Source of the DNA: a virus
Direction: 5' to 3' (one strand)
Length of the DNA stretch: 64,000 nt
IMG/VR virus record: IMGVR_UViG_3300028394_000034
Positions within the stretch are counted from its first letter, which is position 1, and each line of letters opens with the position of its first letter. A model generated the notes under the pieces. The model was not told where the DNA came from and did not search any database. It saw only the letters and a list, made by a program, of their open reading frames with translations. The position numbers and the translations under genes are program-made. Shown one piece after another: positions 8,373-16,454 of the stretch.

Positions 8373-8444
8373 TAGCCCCAAGAGGAATCGAACCTCTAAT
8401 AATTCTTTAGAAGAGAATTGTTATGTCCATTTAACTATGGGGCC
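8373..8444 (-). tRNA. tRNA-Arg(UCU)
   Basis: attct-CTTCTAA-agaat. Confidence 0.85.
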
Positions 8445-8510
8445 GTCAATACCGCAAGCCCCCACAGCGTCCTGTGGAGGCTCGCAGTCATTATAACTCC
8501 ATAGAGTCGA

Positions 8511-8765
8511 TCACGCAACCGTCTCGACTTCCTTCTCTACCTTACCATCATGGGCATCACCCGCAGCTTCCGCAGTCACACCCGTAACCCTAGCTCGCCA
8601 CACCTTATACCCCTGCTCACTAAAAGCCTTGATACCAGCGGGCTTGACATTCGCATGAACATCACCAGGAAGCTCATCATTCAACGCCTTGGTCAGCGTA
8701 GCCACAACATCAGCCGAATCAATCTCGTCGCCAACAATATCAACCGCAAAGCTAAACTTCTTCAT
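8511..8765 (-). CDS. Hypothetical protein
   Basis: GGAGA RBS; behind promoters 8812 and 8901. Confidence 0.65.
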   Translation of the reverse strand: MKKFSFAVDIVGDEIDSADVVATLTKALNDELPGDVHANVKPAGIKAFSEQGYKVWRARVTGVTAEAAGDAHDGKVEKEVETVA

Positions 8766-8811
8766 CTTACGTTCTCCAAAAAGTGTTACAGTTACCAATC
8801 GTTCTAGTATC

Positions 8812-8840
8812 AGTATACGTTACTGTTACCCACTTGTCAA
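8812..8840 (-). promoter_or_regulatory. sigma70-type early promoter
   Basis: TTGACA-17-TATACT. Confidence 0.8.
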
Positions 8841-8900
8841 GTCCGTCGTGATGGTTTCTAGTGTTGGCATCATCGCGGAGTCTTGTCTCGTGATACTCCC

Positions 8901-8929
8901 ATTCTACAGTATAGTATCGTCATTGTCAA
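8901..8929 (-). promoter_or_regulatory. sigma70-type early promoter
   Basis: TTGACA-17(CGATA)-TAGAAT. Confidence 0.85.
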
Positions 8930-8968
8930 GCAGGAACTTGAGTGAGCCTCAAAGATTTTTGATTTTGT

Positions 8969-9050
8969 CCTAAGTTCTTTCCAGATAAGGACTTACATCA
9001 AATTCGGCGGGCCGGCCTCTCCCTAAGTTCTTTAGGGACAAGGCTTTAGG
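8969..9050. repeat. Family-A element A5
   Basis: 29+24+29 layout; ORF stop directly abuts it. Confidence 0.9.
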
Positions 9051-9425
9051 TCATGAGAGAAAACCCTCACAACCCAAGGTGGTCAACTCACGCAGCAGTG
9101 CCTCTGCCGCTTCCGGCGTTTTCAGAGTCATGCTGTGCTTAACGCCTGCTGGTGCTGGATGCCACTTGTCGTACTTCCAGCCACCAACCAGATAATCACT
9201 CCAATCCTTGGCTTCCTTCAGACCCCATCCGGTGTGGAGGCGAATAGCCTTGATGCAAGGGATGCGATTGTCCAGATTCATACCACCCGTGATCGTCACA
9301 ACACGTCGCTGGTTCACACCCAGTGCCACCTCCAACGCACACACAATCTTGTCGAACATATCCAGACTGCAACCGTTTGCAATCATGTTCAACGACTCAC
9401 GGACGCTCAGTTCGATCTTGATCAT
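9051..9425 (-). CDS. Protein with ribosomal L7/L12 C-terminal-like domain
   Basis: RIPCIKAIRLHTGWGLKEAKD matches the L7/L12 CTD signature K+.VIK.VR..TGLGLKEAKD. Confidence 0.7.
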   Translation of the reverse strand: MIKIELSVRESLNMIANGCSLDMFDKIVCALEVALGVNQRRVVTITGGMNLDNRIPCIKAIRLHTGWGLKEAKDWSDYLVGGWKYDKWHPAPAGVKHSMTLKTPEAAEALLRELTTLGCEGFLS

Positions 9426-9906
9426 AAATTCCAAAACTTTCTGTATACTTAGGGTCTATCTCGTAAATACCGTCAAAATTTCCGTCACGTTCTTCCAGAA
9501 TATGTACCTGTCGCCCATCGGTAACTAAGGTATCATACTCACTGTTATCCCAAACAAACTCACCACCATCACTCTCCCTACGCCAATGTACGTCTTTGAT
9601 TGGGTTATAATACAACTTCTCAAGATTGTCAATAGGTAAAGAGGGATAAAAATCCTTGCGAAGCATAACCTCCTCGCATTGTACCCAACCACTAACATTC
9701 TTTTTCTGTTTCTTATTGACCCATTTTGCCCTAGCTACCTTATTTACCAGTTTGCAACCACGCATCTCCAACTGGTATTCTGTAGGGTCTACATAAAATT
9801 GGTCAACCCTTTTCTTACCTTGCATCACGTTTACCTGCCATTTTTTATAATTAGGCCCGTTTAGTAGATGAAATCGTACTTCGGCGTGTTTTTCTACCGT
9901 TTTCAT
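9397..9906 (-). CDS. Hypothetical protein
   Basis: 169-aa ORF overlapping neighbours in operon fashion. Confidence 0.65.
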   Translation of the reverse strand: MKTVEKHAEVRFHLLNGPNYKKWQVNVMQGKKRVDQFYVDPTEYQLEMRGCKLVNKVARAKWVNKKQKKNVSGWVQCEEVMLRKDFYPSLPIDNLEKLYYNPIKDVHWRRESDGGEFVWDNSEYDTLVTDGRQVHILEERDGNFDGIYEIDPKYTESFGIYDQDRTERP

Positions 9907-10145
9907 TTACCTCTCCAAAGAACAACACAATGCGTAATCTCATCTTCAGTAGGACCGAAAGACATAGAATGTCGTCCATTATACCAGCTAATCTTCTCTT
10001 GTCCATCCCAATTATCATTTAGACGAACAGCAGTATTAGGTCTAATTTCAACATTATCATATCCACACTCATAACCCGGCACCAGTACAAGCATATCTTG
10101 GGGTAGCTTGTTAAGTTCTTCGATCAATTCAGCAACAGTCATCAT
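9903..10145 (-). CDS. Hypothetical protein
   Basis: MTVAELIEELNKLPQDMLV, a common phage N-terminus. Confidence 0.7.
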   Translation of the reverse strand: MMTVAELIEELNKLPQDMLVLVPGYECGYDNVEIRPNTAVRLNDNWDGQEKISWYNGRHSMSFGPTEDEITHCVVLWRGK

Positions 10146-10166
10146 ATTCCCTTTCGTGTTACCACT

Positions 10167-10195
10167 ATCTTACACTACTATTATCGACAAGTCAA
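10167..10195 (-). promoter_or_regulatory. sigma70-type early promoter
   Basis: TTGACT-17(CGATA)-TAAGAT. Confidence 0.75.
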
Positions 10196-10223
10196 GAGGA
10201 AATCTTGAAAAAATATGGCTAAT

Positions 10224-10305
10224 CGTAAAGTCTTTAGAGATAAGGACTTACGGCAGATTTGGCCGCCCGCCCTTGAGCTAAGTTCTTTAGCACCAAGGAC
10301 TTATG
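10224..10305. repeat. Family-A element A6
   Basis: 29+24+29 layout; ORF stop directly abuts it. Confidence 0.9.
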
Positions 10306-10566
10306 TCAACCACTAGGATAATCGGGTGGAACTGGTCGGCTAGGCTTTTCTGGCTTCTTAGTAATACCTTCCTCATAAGGCATCCACCACGGAGCATCCA
10401 TACGGTCTACAAGACCAATAGATTCATGGCAAATTAAAATATGAGGACTAACAGGATCGTCAGCATGATATTCATAATGACCAAGCCACACACCAATATG
10501 TTGCCCGTAATAGAATATCTCTTGATAATCTTTTGGTTGCTTCTCAAAAAAACTAATCCATTCCAT
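10306..10566 (-). CDS. DUF551-like small phage protein
   Basis: MEWIS..EKQP ... WWMP. Confidence 0.55.
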   Translation of the reverse strand: MEWISFFEKQPKDYQEIFYYGQHIGVWLGHYEYHADDPVSPHILICHESIGLVDRMDAPWWMPYEEGITKKPEKPSRPVPPDYPSG

Positions 10567-10690
10567 TATTTATATACCTCTATTTGCCACCGATCATACT
10601 TCAATTCAGCCGTTACACTCATGCCCAACTTAACCAGTTCAGCCACAATTTCGGCCAAACGCTCAATCTCATTAATATTTAAGTAGATCA

Positions 10691-10855
10691 TTATATCCTC
10701 AATGTCATCTTTTCCCACACTTCGATCAAATCTTTAGCAGTTATACCATGCTCCTCTGCTAAAGTCAATGCTTCATCCCTATTAGGTTTACACATCACCA
10801 TCATGGCGCTTTTCAAAACTTTCAGAATCTTAATAATCGCTTCATCCTTGCTCAT
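10691..10855 (-). CDS. Hypothetical protein
   Basis: GGAGG RBS. Confidence 0.5.
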   Translation of the reverse strand: MSKDEAIIKILKVLKSAMMVMCKPNRDEALTLAEEHGITAKDLIEVWEKMTLRI

Positions 10856-11051
10856 AGAAAGCCTCCCTCTCTGCATATACTTCTGCCACTGCAATTCTAA
10901 CTTCTATCCAATCTTCTAGAGTATCAAAACTCTCAAGGCTTTCGGCCAACTCACTATCCTCATAGCATTCCACTATGTATTGGCCCCAACTCGTATAATT
11001 ATCTTGGGCGAGTTGTTTTGCTTCAGCAATCAGTTCTTTTGTAGCAATCAT
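10842..11051 (-). CDS. Hypothetical acidic protein
   Basis: MIATKELIAEAK...; AGGAGA RBS. Confidence 0.55.
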   Translation of the reverse strand: MIATKELIAEAKQLAQDNYTSWGQYIVECYEDSELAESLESFDTLEDWIEVRIAVAEVYAEREAFYEQG

Positions 11052-11098
11052 TATCTTTCTCCTTTGTATTGTATACCGGGTGTTAATGGATCGACTTA

Positions 11099-11171
11099 TC
11101 GAAGCGACGGGACTTGAACCCGCAACACCGCCACATATAGTGTGGAACTCTACCAATTGAGTTACGCCCGA
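11099..11171 (-). pseudogene. Degenerate tRNA (5-nt anticodon loop, bulged acceptor stem)
   Basis: Intact D arm actc-aattggta-gagt and T arm gcggg-ttcaagt-cccgt; anticodon arm ccaca-CTATA-tgtgg. Confidence 0.55.
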
Positions 11172-11495
11172 CGATAGTTTTACGAATAATGTCCGGTATC
11201 ACGCATTATCCAACCCAGCCAGTAAACTTGGTTTCTATCCGACCCCTGTTTGTAAACGTGGTGAGGACGCGATCCCCCATAGATTGGTACTACTATCCAA
11301 CGTACAGCCCCGTTGGCAACCAACTATAGACATTATCCATAGCCGGTTTATCGTAGTAGGCTATCCCAACCTAGTCCAAGGCATGGACCCACGAGTTTTG
11401 TATTGTAAAGCAGATAGGGTTGAGCCATACTCGACAGCCATTTAACCGTGGCTACTTTGATATCATTCTGCCAGCGGCCGCTATCTGCTTATGTG
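11172..11495 (-). ncRNA. Candidate structured ncRNA
   Basis: About 320 nt with no long ORF directly behind a consensus promoter; 10-bp closing helix aagcagatag/ctatctgctt plus several hairpins. Confidence 0.35.
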
Positions 11496-11498
11496 CTA

Positions 11499-11527
11499 AG
11501 TATACATCTATTATCGTCACTTGTCAA
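11499..11527 (-). promoter_or_regulatory. sigma70-type early promoter
   Basis: TTGACA-17(CGATA)-TATACT. Confidence 0.85.
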
Positions 11528-11566
11528 GAGCTATCTATAGGAATTCCAAAAATTTTTTAGAGTTGA

Positions 11567-11648
11567 TGTAACCCTATGATACACAAGCACTTACGTCAAA
11601 TTCGGCCGCCCCGCCTTACCCTAAGTTCTTTAACTATAAGGGTTTATG
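11567..11648. repeat. Family-A element A7
   Basis: 29+24+29 layout. Confidence 0.85.
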
Positions 11649-11664
11649 TCAAGGGTCCCATGTT

Positions 11665-11706
11665 CTGGCTGACTATACCCACTCAGCCCAAATCCGTAGG
11701 ATTAGG
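11665..11706. repeat. Repeat family B copy 5
   Basis: ctggctgactatacccactcagcccaaatccgtaggattagg. Confidence 0.85.
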
Positions 11707-11851
11707 CGGGACAAACTTTAGAGATTCGCTCAATGAGCAAATTATTTCCATAAAGTTTCTCAGCCTGACGCAAAGCATGGTAGGTACTGTACGCTTGAAC
11801 ATACCCAACAATCTTGCTGCCCTTCATTACCATGTAGGTATCGGTACTCAT
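11702..11851 (-). CDS. Small hypothetical protein (49 aa)
   Basis: MSTDTYMVMKGSKIVGYV...; ATGA-coupled to the upstream gene; stop lies inside repeat B5. Confidence 0.45.
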   Translation of the reverse strand: MSTDTYMVMKGSKIVGYVQAYSTYHALRQAEKLYGNNLLIERISKVCPA

Positions 11852-12120
11852 TCGTCCTCCACTAGTGCAGGAAACATTCTATCCCAAGACTCACTATCAA
11901 TTCCCGTTTTGAGAATCTCACGATCATCAGCATTGAGATACGGGAAAGCAGTTTGAATCAACTCTCCATTGACCCAACGCTGGGCATCTTCAAGCTTAGT
12001 GACTATGGAAAACTCACGAAGGCCAGTAGACAACCCACTGAACTCAATCATATCCACACCGTCCACAGTCTTGATCGTTCGCGTTGTCCGATTTGTCAAA
12101 GCATATGGCGTAAACAGCAT
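11848..12120 (-). CDS. Hypothetical protein
   Basis: GGAGA RBS; W..G.LIQ.AFPYLNADDREIL.TGI. Confidence 0.65.
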   Translation of the reverse strand: MLFTPYALTNRTTRTIKTVDGVDMIEFSGLSTGLREFSIVTKLEDAQRWVNGELIQTAFPYLNADDREILKTGIDSESWDRMFPALVEDE

Positions 12121-12144
12121 CTTTTTCTCCTTTAGGTTCCTCGT

Positions 12145-12173
12145 ATTGTACACTACTAATATCGGCGTGTCAA
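12145..12173 (-). promoter_or_regulatory. sigma70-type early promoter
   Basis: TTGACA-17(CGATA)-TACAAT. Confidence 0.85.
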
Positions 12174-12201
12174 GAGAAAAACTTTGAGAAAAATTATGTG
12201 A

Positions 12202-12283
12202 CGTAAAGTGTTGATGAATAAGGACTTACATCAAACGCGGCCCGCCGGCCTCGCCCTAAGTGCTTTCGCAGCAACGACTTAGG
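12202..12283. repeat. Family-A element A8
   Basis: 29+24+29 layout. Confidence 0.9.
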
Positions 12284-12317
12284 GGTTGGTCAGCTTTTAG
12301 GCAGTACCTGCTATCTT

Positions 12318-12722
12318 TTAGAGCAGGCTAGCGACTCCACTCTTGAACAGAACCTTAGCAAGCAAAGGCTTTCGGCAGTTGCTCACACGCTCTGCATAAA
12401 AGTTACGAATCTTACCGTCAGGAGTCTGGCAAGTCACCAGATTCGCAGTACGAATGAACTCAGGATCACCGATACGATATCGGCTCTTGCGATTCAACCT
12501 CGCAATCTGGTCAGCAGTCAACGTCTGCTTGCCAACAACCTTAGCAAGAAAACGCTCATGCGTTCCATGCAACGGCTGCTGATAAACAAAGTTGTAAACC
12601 TGACCATCCTTAGCATTCGCCAAGCTGGCCTTGCTTCCACCGTAAACGGAATAGAAGACAAACCCTACAACAGCACAAGTAACCGCAAACAGAATACCAG
12701 TCAACACAACAAAATCACTCAT
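12318..12722 (-). CDS. Membrane-anchored hypothetical protein
   Basis: TM segment FVVLTGILFAVTCAVVGFVFY. Confidence 0.65.
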   Translation of the reverse strand: MSDFVVLTGILFAVTCAVVGFVFYSVYGGSKASLANAKDGQVYNFVYQQPLHGTHERFLAKVVGKQTLTADQIARLNRKSRYRIGDPEFIRTANLVTCQTPDGKIRNFYAERVSNCRKPLLAKVLFKSGVASLL

Positions 12723-12767
12723 AAGAAACCCTTTCAAATTGAAAACCAATCTAACATCCATGCCACA

Positions 12768-12796
12768 AGTCTACACTATATATCGACCGTTGTCAA
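12768..12796 (-). promoter_or_regulatory. sigma70-type early promoter
   Basis: TTGACA-17(CGATA)-TAGACT. Confidence 0.8.
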
Positions 12797-13056
12797 GCAG
12801 AAACTTTAGAAAAATTTTCTTCCCAGTATTCTGCCATTTCAGCCATGTTGATACCGCTATCGTTCCAAGCAACTCCATCCGAAGTTTCATATCGGATTCT
12901 GGTCTTTTCAAACATTTCACGAAGAACAATTCTGAAATGACTGAAACATTCGCATTGTTTAGCGATACCGTACAACATTTCATCATTACTGATCCACAAG
13001 CAAACATTCCACGTTTGATAGTTTGCGTAACCGTTATAGCTTCCGTCCGGACTCAT
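12793..13056 (-). CDS. Conserved small phage protein
   Basis: YNGYANYQTWNVCLWISNDE motif common in phage accessory regions. Confidence 0.65.
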   Translation of the reverse strand: MSPDGSYNGYANYQTWNVCLWISNDEMLYGIAKQCECFSHFRIVLREMFEKTRIRYETSDGVAWNDSGINMAEMAEYWEENFSKVSA

Positions 13057-13084
13057 GCTTCACTCTCTCTTTCTTGTATACGTC

Positions 13085-13113
13085 ATTCTACTATACAATA
13101 TCGTCTAATGCAA
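13085..13113 (-). promoter_or_regulatory. sigma70-type early promoter
   Basis: TTGCAT-17(CGATA)-TAGAAT. Confidence 0.75.
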
Positions 13114-13127
13114 GGGCTAAACTTGAA

Positions 13128-13145
13128 TCTTACAAGATTGTAAGG
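13128..13145. promoter_or_regulatory. Motif C palindrome (first of 7 copies)
   Basis: tcttac-aagatt-gtaagg; other copies at 14163, 14858, 15737, 16426, 16750, 17794. Confidence 0.65.
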
Positions 13146-13150
13146 ATCGA

Positions 13151-13232
13151 CGTAAAGCGTTGATACATAAGTACTTACGACGAAGCCGGCCCGCCGCGTC
13201 GGCCCTAAGTGCTTGAACACAAAGGGTTTACG
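13151..13232. repeat. Family-A element A9
   Basis: 29+24+29 layout; left arm is an exact IHF consensus. Confidence 0.9.
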
Positions 13233-13244
13233 ACGAGTGATAGT

Positions 13245-13475
13245 TTACTCAAAATCAACAAAGATAATTTGAGCATAACCGCGAGGCTTGACGGTATATC
13301 CGTCTCCGTAATCGCACGTATCAGCCTTGACCGCTGTCATACCAGCCAGAGCCTTAGCCTTACGAACAACGCTACGCTGGCTAGCATTCTTCTTGGGGAT
13401 AAACTCGTAACGATTCACCCAGCCATAGTTAGCTTCGCCACCAAACGTATCCGTATGAGTCACAACACACTTCAT
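13245..13475 (-). CDS. Hypothetical protein
   Basis: TDTFGGEANY.WV.R motif. Confidence 0.65.
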   Translation of the reverse strand: MKCVVTHTDTFGGEANYGWVNRYEFIPKKNASQRSVVRKAKALAGMTAVKADTCDYGDGYTVKPRGYAQIIFVDFE

Positions 13476-13565
13476 TTTGCCAATTCCTTTGCTTTCATGG
13501 TTTCAAAATACAACTGTTCCAACAACTTAACTCTACTTACTGCACGACCAGCTTCACGATTCATG

Positions 13566-13594
13566 AGTATAACAGCTTTTTCGTGTGCTGTCAA
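13566..13594 (-). promoter_or_regulatory. sigma70-type early promoter
   Basis: TTGACA-17-TATACT. Confidence 0.75.
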
Positions 13595-14123
13595 TACCTT
13601 CTTTTTCGTTTTCATTTCAGTCTCCGTAAGTATCAGAATCGTTCATGTAAATTAATCGACCAACTCGGTTAGAACAATTATATTCCTTATTCCAACCAGC
13701 TTCAATTTCTGGAGACTTTTCAGGCAAGCCTACAGACTTACGATATTCAATCCATTTTTCTTCATTAGTCATTTCTGCTCTTCATCTTTCTTTAATGGGC
13801 CACGATAGCCTTTAAATCTTTTCAACTCACCATAGTAATTACGACCAGCAGAACCGTGTTGAGTCTTTTTCTTTTTAGGCTTTTCGTACATAACCTTCAA
13901 CAAAAATTCATAGTGTAAATCCATTTTATACTCCTAACCAAACATCTCATATTCTTCATCAGTCAATGCTACCTCATCTGGACGATAACAATTGTTGCCA
14001 TACAGATCACGATTCTTAGGACGCTTTTCCCATTCATCCATGAATCGGTTATACTCTTCGATACGCTTTTCTTCTTCACTTTTCATCATTCACTTTTTCT
14101 TTCTCTAATACCTTATATCGACA

Positions 14124-14151
14124 AGTATAGCAGACAATCTTTAGCTGTCAA
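14124..14151 (-). promoter_or_regulatory. sigma70-type promoter, class II
   Basis: TTGACA-16-TATACT-tgtCGATA. Confidence 0.75.
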
Positions 14152-14184
14152 ACAGAAAGTTTTCTTACAATATCGTAAGGTTGG

Positions 14185-14266
14185 CGTAAAGTGTTGGCAT
14201 ATAACGACTTATGTCAAATTCGGCCCGCCGCGCCGGCCCTAAGTGCTTATGCACAAAGGGTTTACG
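14185..14266. repeat. Family-A element A10
   Basis: 29+24+29 layout. Confidence 0.9.
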
Positions 14267-14274
14267 GCGAATTT

Positions 14275-14538
14275 TCAATCGTCGTATGGGCCATCATCAT
14301 TATAATCAACAAATCCGACAGCTTCATCAGCGTGGAAATCTTCCTGGTAATCTAAATCTTCCCCGTAATAGCCGTAGGACTCATCCATTCCATGTCCTGC
14401 GGAAGCCAACGCAGATTCAGCATCACCATCCATACTATCATCAAACGAATCATCCTCAACCTCATAATCGGAAAGGTCAGTGTCCATGCACTCACCGTAG
14501 AAATCTTCAACATCGTCGTATTCGTAGCTCATGGTCAA
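14275..14538 (-). CDS. Extremely acidic small protein
   Basis: 87 aa, D/E/Y-rich, no Lys or Arg. Confidence 0.6.
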   Translation of the reverse strand: MTMSYEYDDVEDFYGECMDTDLSDYEVEDDSFDDSMDGDAESALASAGHGMDESYGYYGEDLDYQEDFHADEAVGFVDYNDDGPYDD

Positions 14539-14598
14539 TCCTTCACAATGGTAGTAATGTAGAGCAGGCCAACATAGGACGCAACGAACGCAATCGCA

Positions 14599-14772
14599 CT
14601 AAGCATCAATATACTCCTCTGGAATGAAATCGTCAACAGCACCCACCACTTCTGCCCAATCCCAAAAATTCACTTCCACGCTGGGATCGTCAATCGGCTC
14701 GACCATCGGTTCCACAATCCCCTTTTCGGCCATGTCGTTCAGAATGTCATTGATCTCGTCGAAGTTCAGCAT
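14599..14772 (-). CDS. Acidic small protein
   Basis: MLNFDEINDIL...; behind promoter 14809. Confidence 0.55.
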   Translation of the reverse strand: MLNFDEINDILNDMAEKGIVEPMVEPIDDPSVEVNFWDWAEVVGAVDDFIPEEYIDA

Positions 14773-14808
14773 GATTCTGTTTCCTATGGGTTTCCTTGTG
14801 ATGCTTCG

Positions 14809-14837
14809 ATTATACACTTATCATCGACATATTGCAA
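14809..14837 (-). promoter_or_regulatory. sigma70-type early promoter
   Basis: TTGCAA-17-TATAAT. Confidence 0.8.
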
Positions 14838-14890
14838 GCCCCCCATAAAATTTCTTTCCTTATATTTTTGTAAGGTTCGCCGGCTATCGT

Positions 14891-14907
14891 TTGGCACGGC
14901 ATTTGCT
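14891..14907 (+). promoter_or_regulatory. sigma54-type -24/-12 site
   Basis: TTGGCACGGCATTTGCT (GG-N10-GC). Confidence 0.65.
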
Positions 14908-14920
14908 GTTGGGGGGTTTT

Positions 14921-15002
14921 CGTAAAGTGTTGCAGGATAAGCACTTATGGCTCGCTGGGCCGGCCGAACTCGACGTAAGTCCTTATGAGTTAAGGAGATA
15001 CG
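14921..15002. repeat. Family-A element A11
   Basis: 29+24+29 layout; box 2 overlapped by a small ORF end. Confidence 0.85.
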
Positions 15003-15376
15003 TCAAGCCACACCCAAGAACAAAAGCTGTACCTAATAGAATATAATCACTAATTTTCATCATTTTCCTCCATATACATGATATGTGACATACTAGCAGA
15101 GAGTAAGATACCGACAATATAACCAAAAGCAACGCTAATAAAATCAAATTGATACATCCCTGTATCTCCAGTGTTATTGGGTCAATCCCCATATCCTACC
15201 CAGAACTCATCACCATTTTCATCTTTCATAAGAGTAAAGCCCCTAGACTTCATCCTCTCATATTCACCAAATCTCTGCCAGACTTCACAAATCGTTTCCA
15301 TACACTTGAGCATCATCCCCATAACCCACACAAACGGATATTGAATCATTCTCATAACCCTCTCCTATTCTGCACC

Positions 15377-15405
15377 ATTCTACACTATTGTTATCGACCC
15401 GTCAA
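15377..15405 (-). promoter_or_regulatory. sigma70-type early promoter
   Basis: TTGACG-17(CGATA)-TAGAAT. Confidence 0.8.
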
Positions 15406-15417
15406 GGGCCCCGACTT

Positions 15418-15459
15418 TAGGCTGACTATACCCACCCTACCCAAATCCGTAGGATTAGC
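15418..15459. repeat. Repeat family B copy 6
   Basis: taggctgactatacccaccctacccaaatccgtaggattagc. Confidence 0.85.
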
Positions 15460-15477
15460 TCGGACAGTTATCTGTCC

Positions 15478-15657
15478 TTACTTGACAGACTCCATGTGTT
15501 CAAACGTGATGCACTTGTCCAGATAGATCGACCGATACCCCTGTTCGGCCTTGACCGTCAGGAGAACACGATCTCCAAACCCACGCACATTGACAACTTC
15601 ACCATTGACGATTTCACCGTTGTCATAATCCGCAAAAACAAAGTCACCGATTTTCAT
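15478..15657 (-). CDS. Small beta-rich protein (59 aa), paralog of 18692-18880
   Basis: MKIGDFVFADYDNGEIVNGEVV...GYRSIYLDKC (translated by hand; below the ORF-track cutoff). Confidence 0.7.
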   Translation of the reverse strand: MKIGDFVFADYDNGEIVNGEVVNVRGFGDRVLLTVKAEQGYRSIYLDKCITFEHMESVK

Positions 15658-15697
15658 TGTTCTACCCTTTTCCTTTTCTCTTACTTGTTATATCGAC

Positions 15698-15725
15698 ATT
15701 ATACCAAAGGATATTTAGCTTGCAA
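15698..15725 (-). promoter_or_regulatory. sigma70-type promoter, class II
   Basis: TTGCAA-16-TATAAT-gtCGATA. Confidence 0.75.
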
Positions 15726-15768
15726 GCGAAAAGTTTCCTTACAATTCCGTAAGGTTCGCGGAGAAAGT

Positions 15769-15785
15769 TTGGCACACCATTTGCT
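15769..15785 (+). promoter_or_regulatory. sigma54-type -24/-12 site
   Basis: TTGGCACACCATTTGCT. Confidence 0.65.
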
Positions 15786-15797
15786 ATAGAGACTCGA

Positions 15798-15879
15798 CGT
15801 AAAGTGTTGGCACATAAGCACTTAGAGCAAATTCGGCCCGCAAAATTCGTCGTAAGTGCTTTAGCAGCAAGGGTTTACG
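15798..15879. repeat. Family-A element A12
   Basis: 29+24+29 layout. Confidence 0.9.
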
Positions 15880-16020
15880 ACAAGTTTTTGAGTTTGCGCC
15901 TGTACACCCGTTTACCATCCACCCAAATGGGGAGGTATAGCTTAGGGTACAACTGAACATATGTATTCTTTACTAGACGCTCAGTCTCTAGTGTAACGTC
16001 GTACACTAGTATACAGTTGT

Positions 16021-16347
16021 TCATTCTTCCCCCTTGAAGCTGAACGGGCTGATTTCGAGATGAGCAACAACACCGTATTGCTTGGTCAGTTCCTCGACAC
16101 GTTCACGGCTACCCGGCTTACCAACCGGAACGATCATGGTATCCTCGCTACCGATCATCCGCGGGTCAACCTTTTCCATCTTGCTCTTGCCCATATTCTT
16201 CAATGCTGTCCGATTGAACTTCAGAACCTTTTCCACTTGGATCATCTCACCGTCGATGTCTTTCACTTCGGTAGGAATCGCCATACCAAGAAAGCACAGA
16301 CGGGCTTGACGCTTGGCAGCTTGAATGATCGGGAACTTGGTAGCCAT
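16021..16347 (-). CDS. Hypothetical protein
   Basis: 108-aa ORF with GAGGA RBS behind promoter 16387. Confidence 0.65.
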   Translation of the reverse strand: MATKFPIIQAAKRQARLCFLGMAIPTEVKDIDGEMIQVEKVLKFNRTALKNMGKSKMEKVDPRMIGSEDTMIVPVGKPGSRERVEELTKQYGVVAHLEISPFSFKGEE

Positions 16348-16386
16348 GTTTCTTATCCTCTAGGGTTATCGTTCTCTTGTGAGTGT

Positions 16387-16414
16387 ATTATACCAAACTG
16401 ATTTTCAATGTCCA
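16387..16414 (-). promoter_or_regulatory. sigma70-type promoter
   Basis: TGGACA-16-TATAAT. Confidence 0.6.
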
Positions 16415-16454
16415 GCAAAATCTTTCCTTACATTTTCGTAAGGTTTCTCGTCTC

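Noticed and set aside
8454-8496. Hairpin between ORF 8511 and tRNA-Arg as a terminator
   Set aside because: Stable stem but no U-tract on the coding strand; more likely a processing or stability hairpin
204-15459. Family B as a conserved peptide motif (ANxxDLxxVxIVSE)
   Set aside because: One copy has a 1-nt deletion and another an in-frame TGA; copies are mostly intergenic
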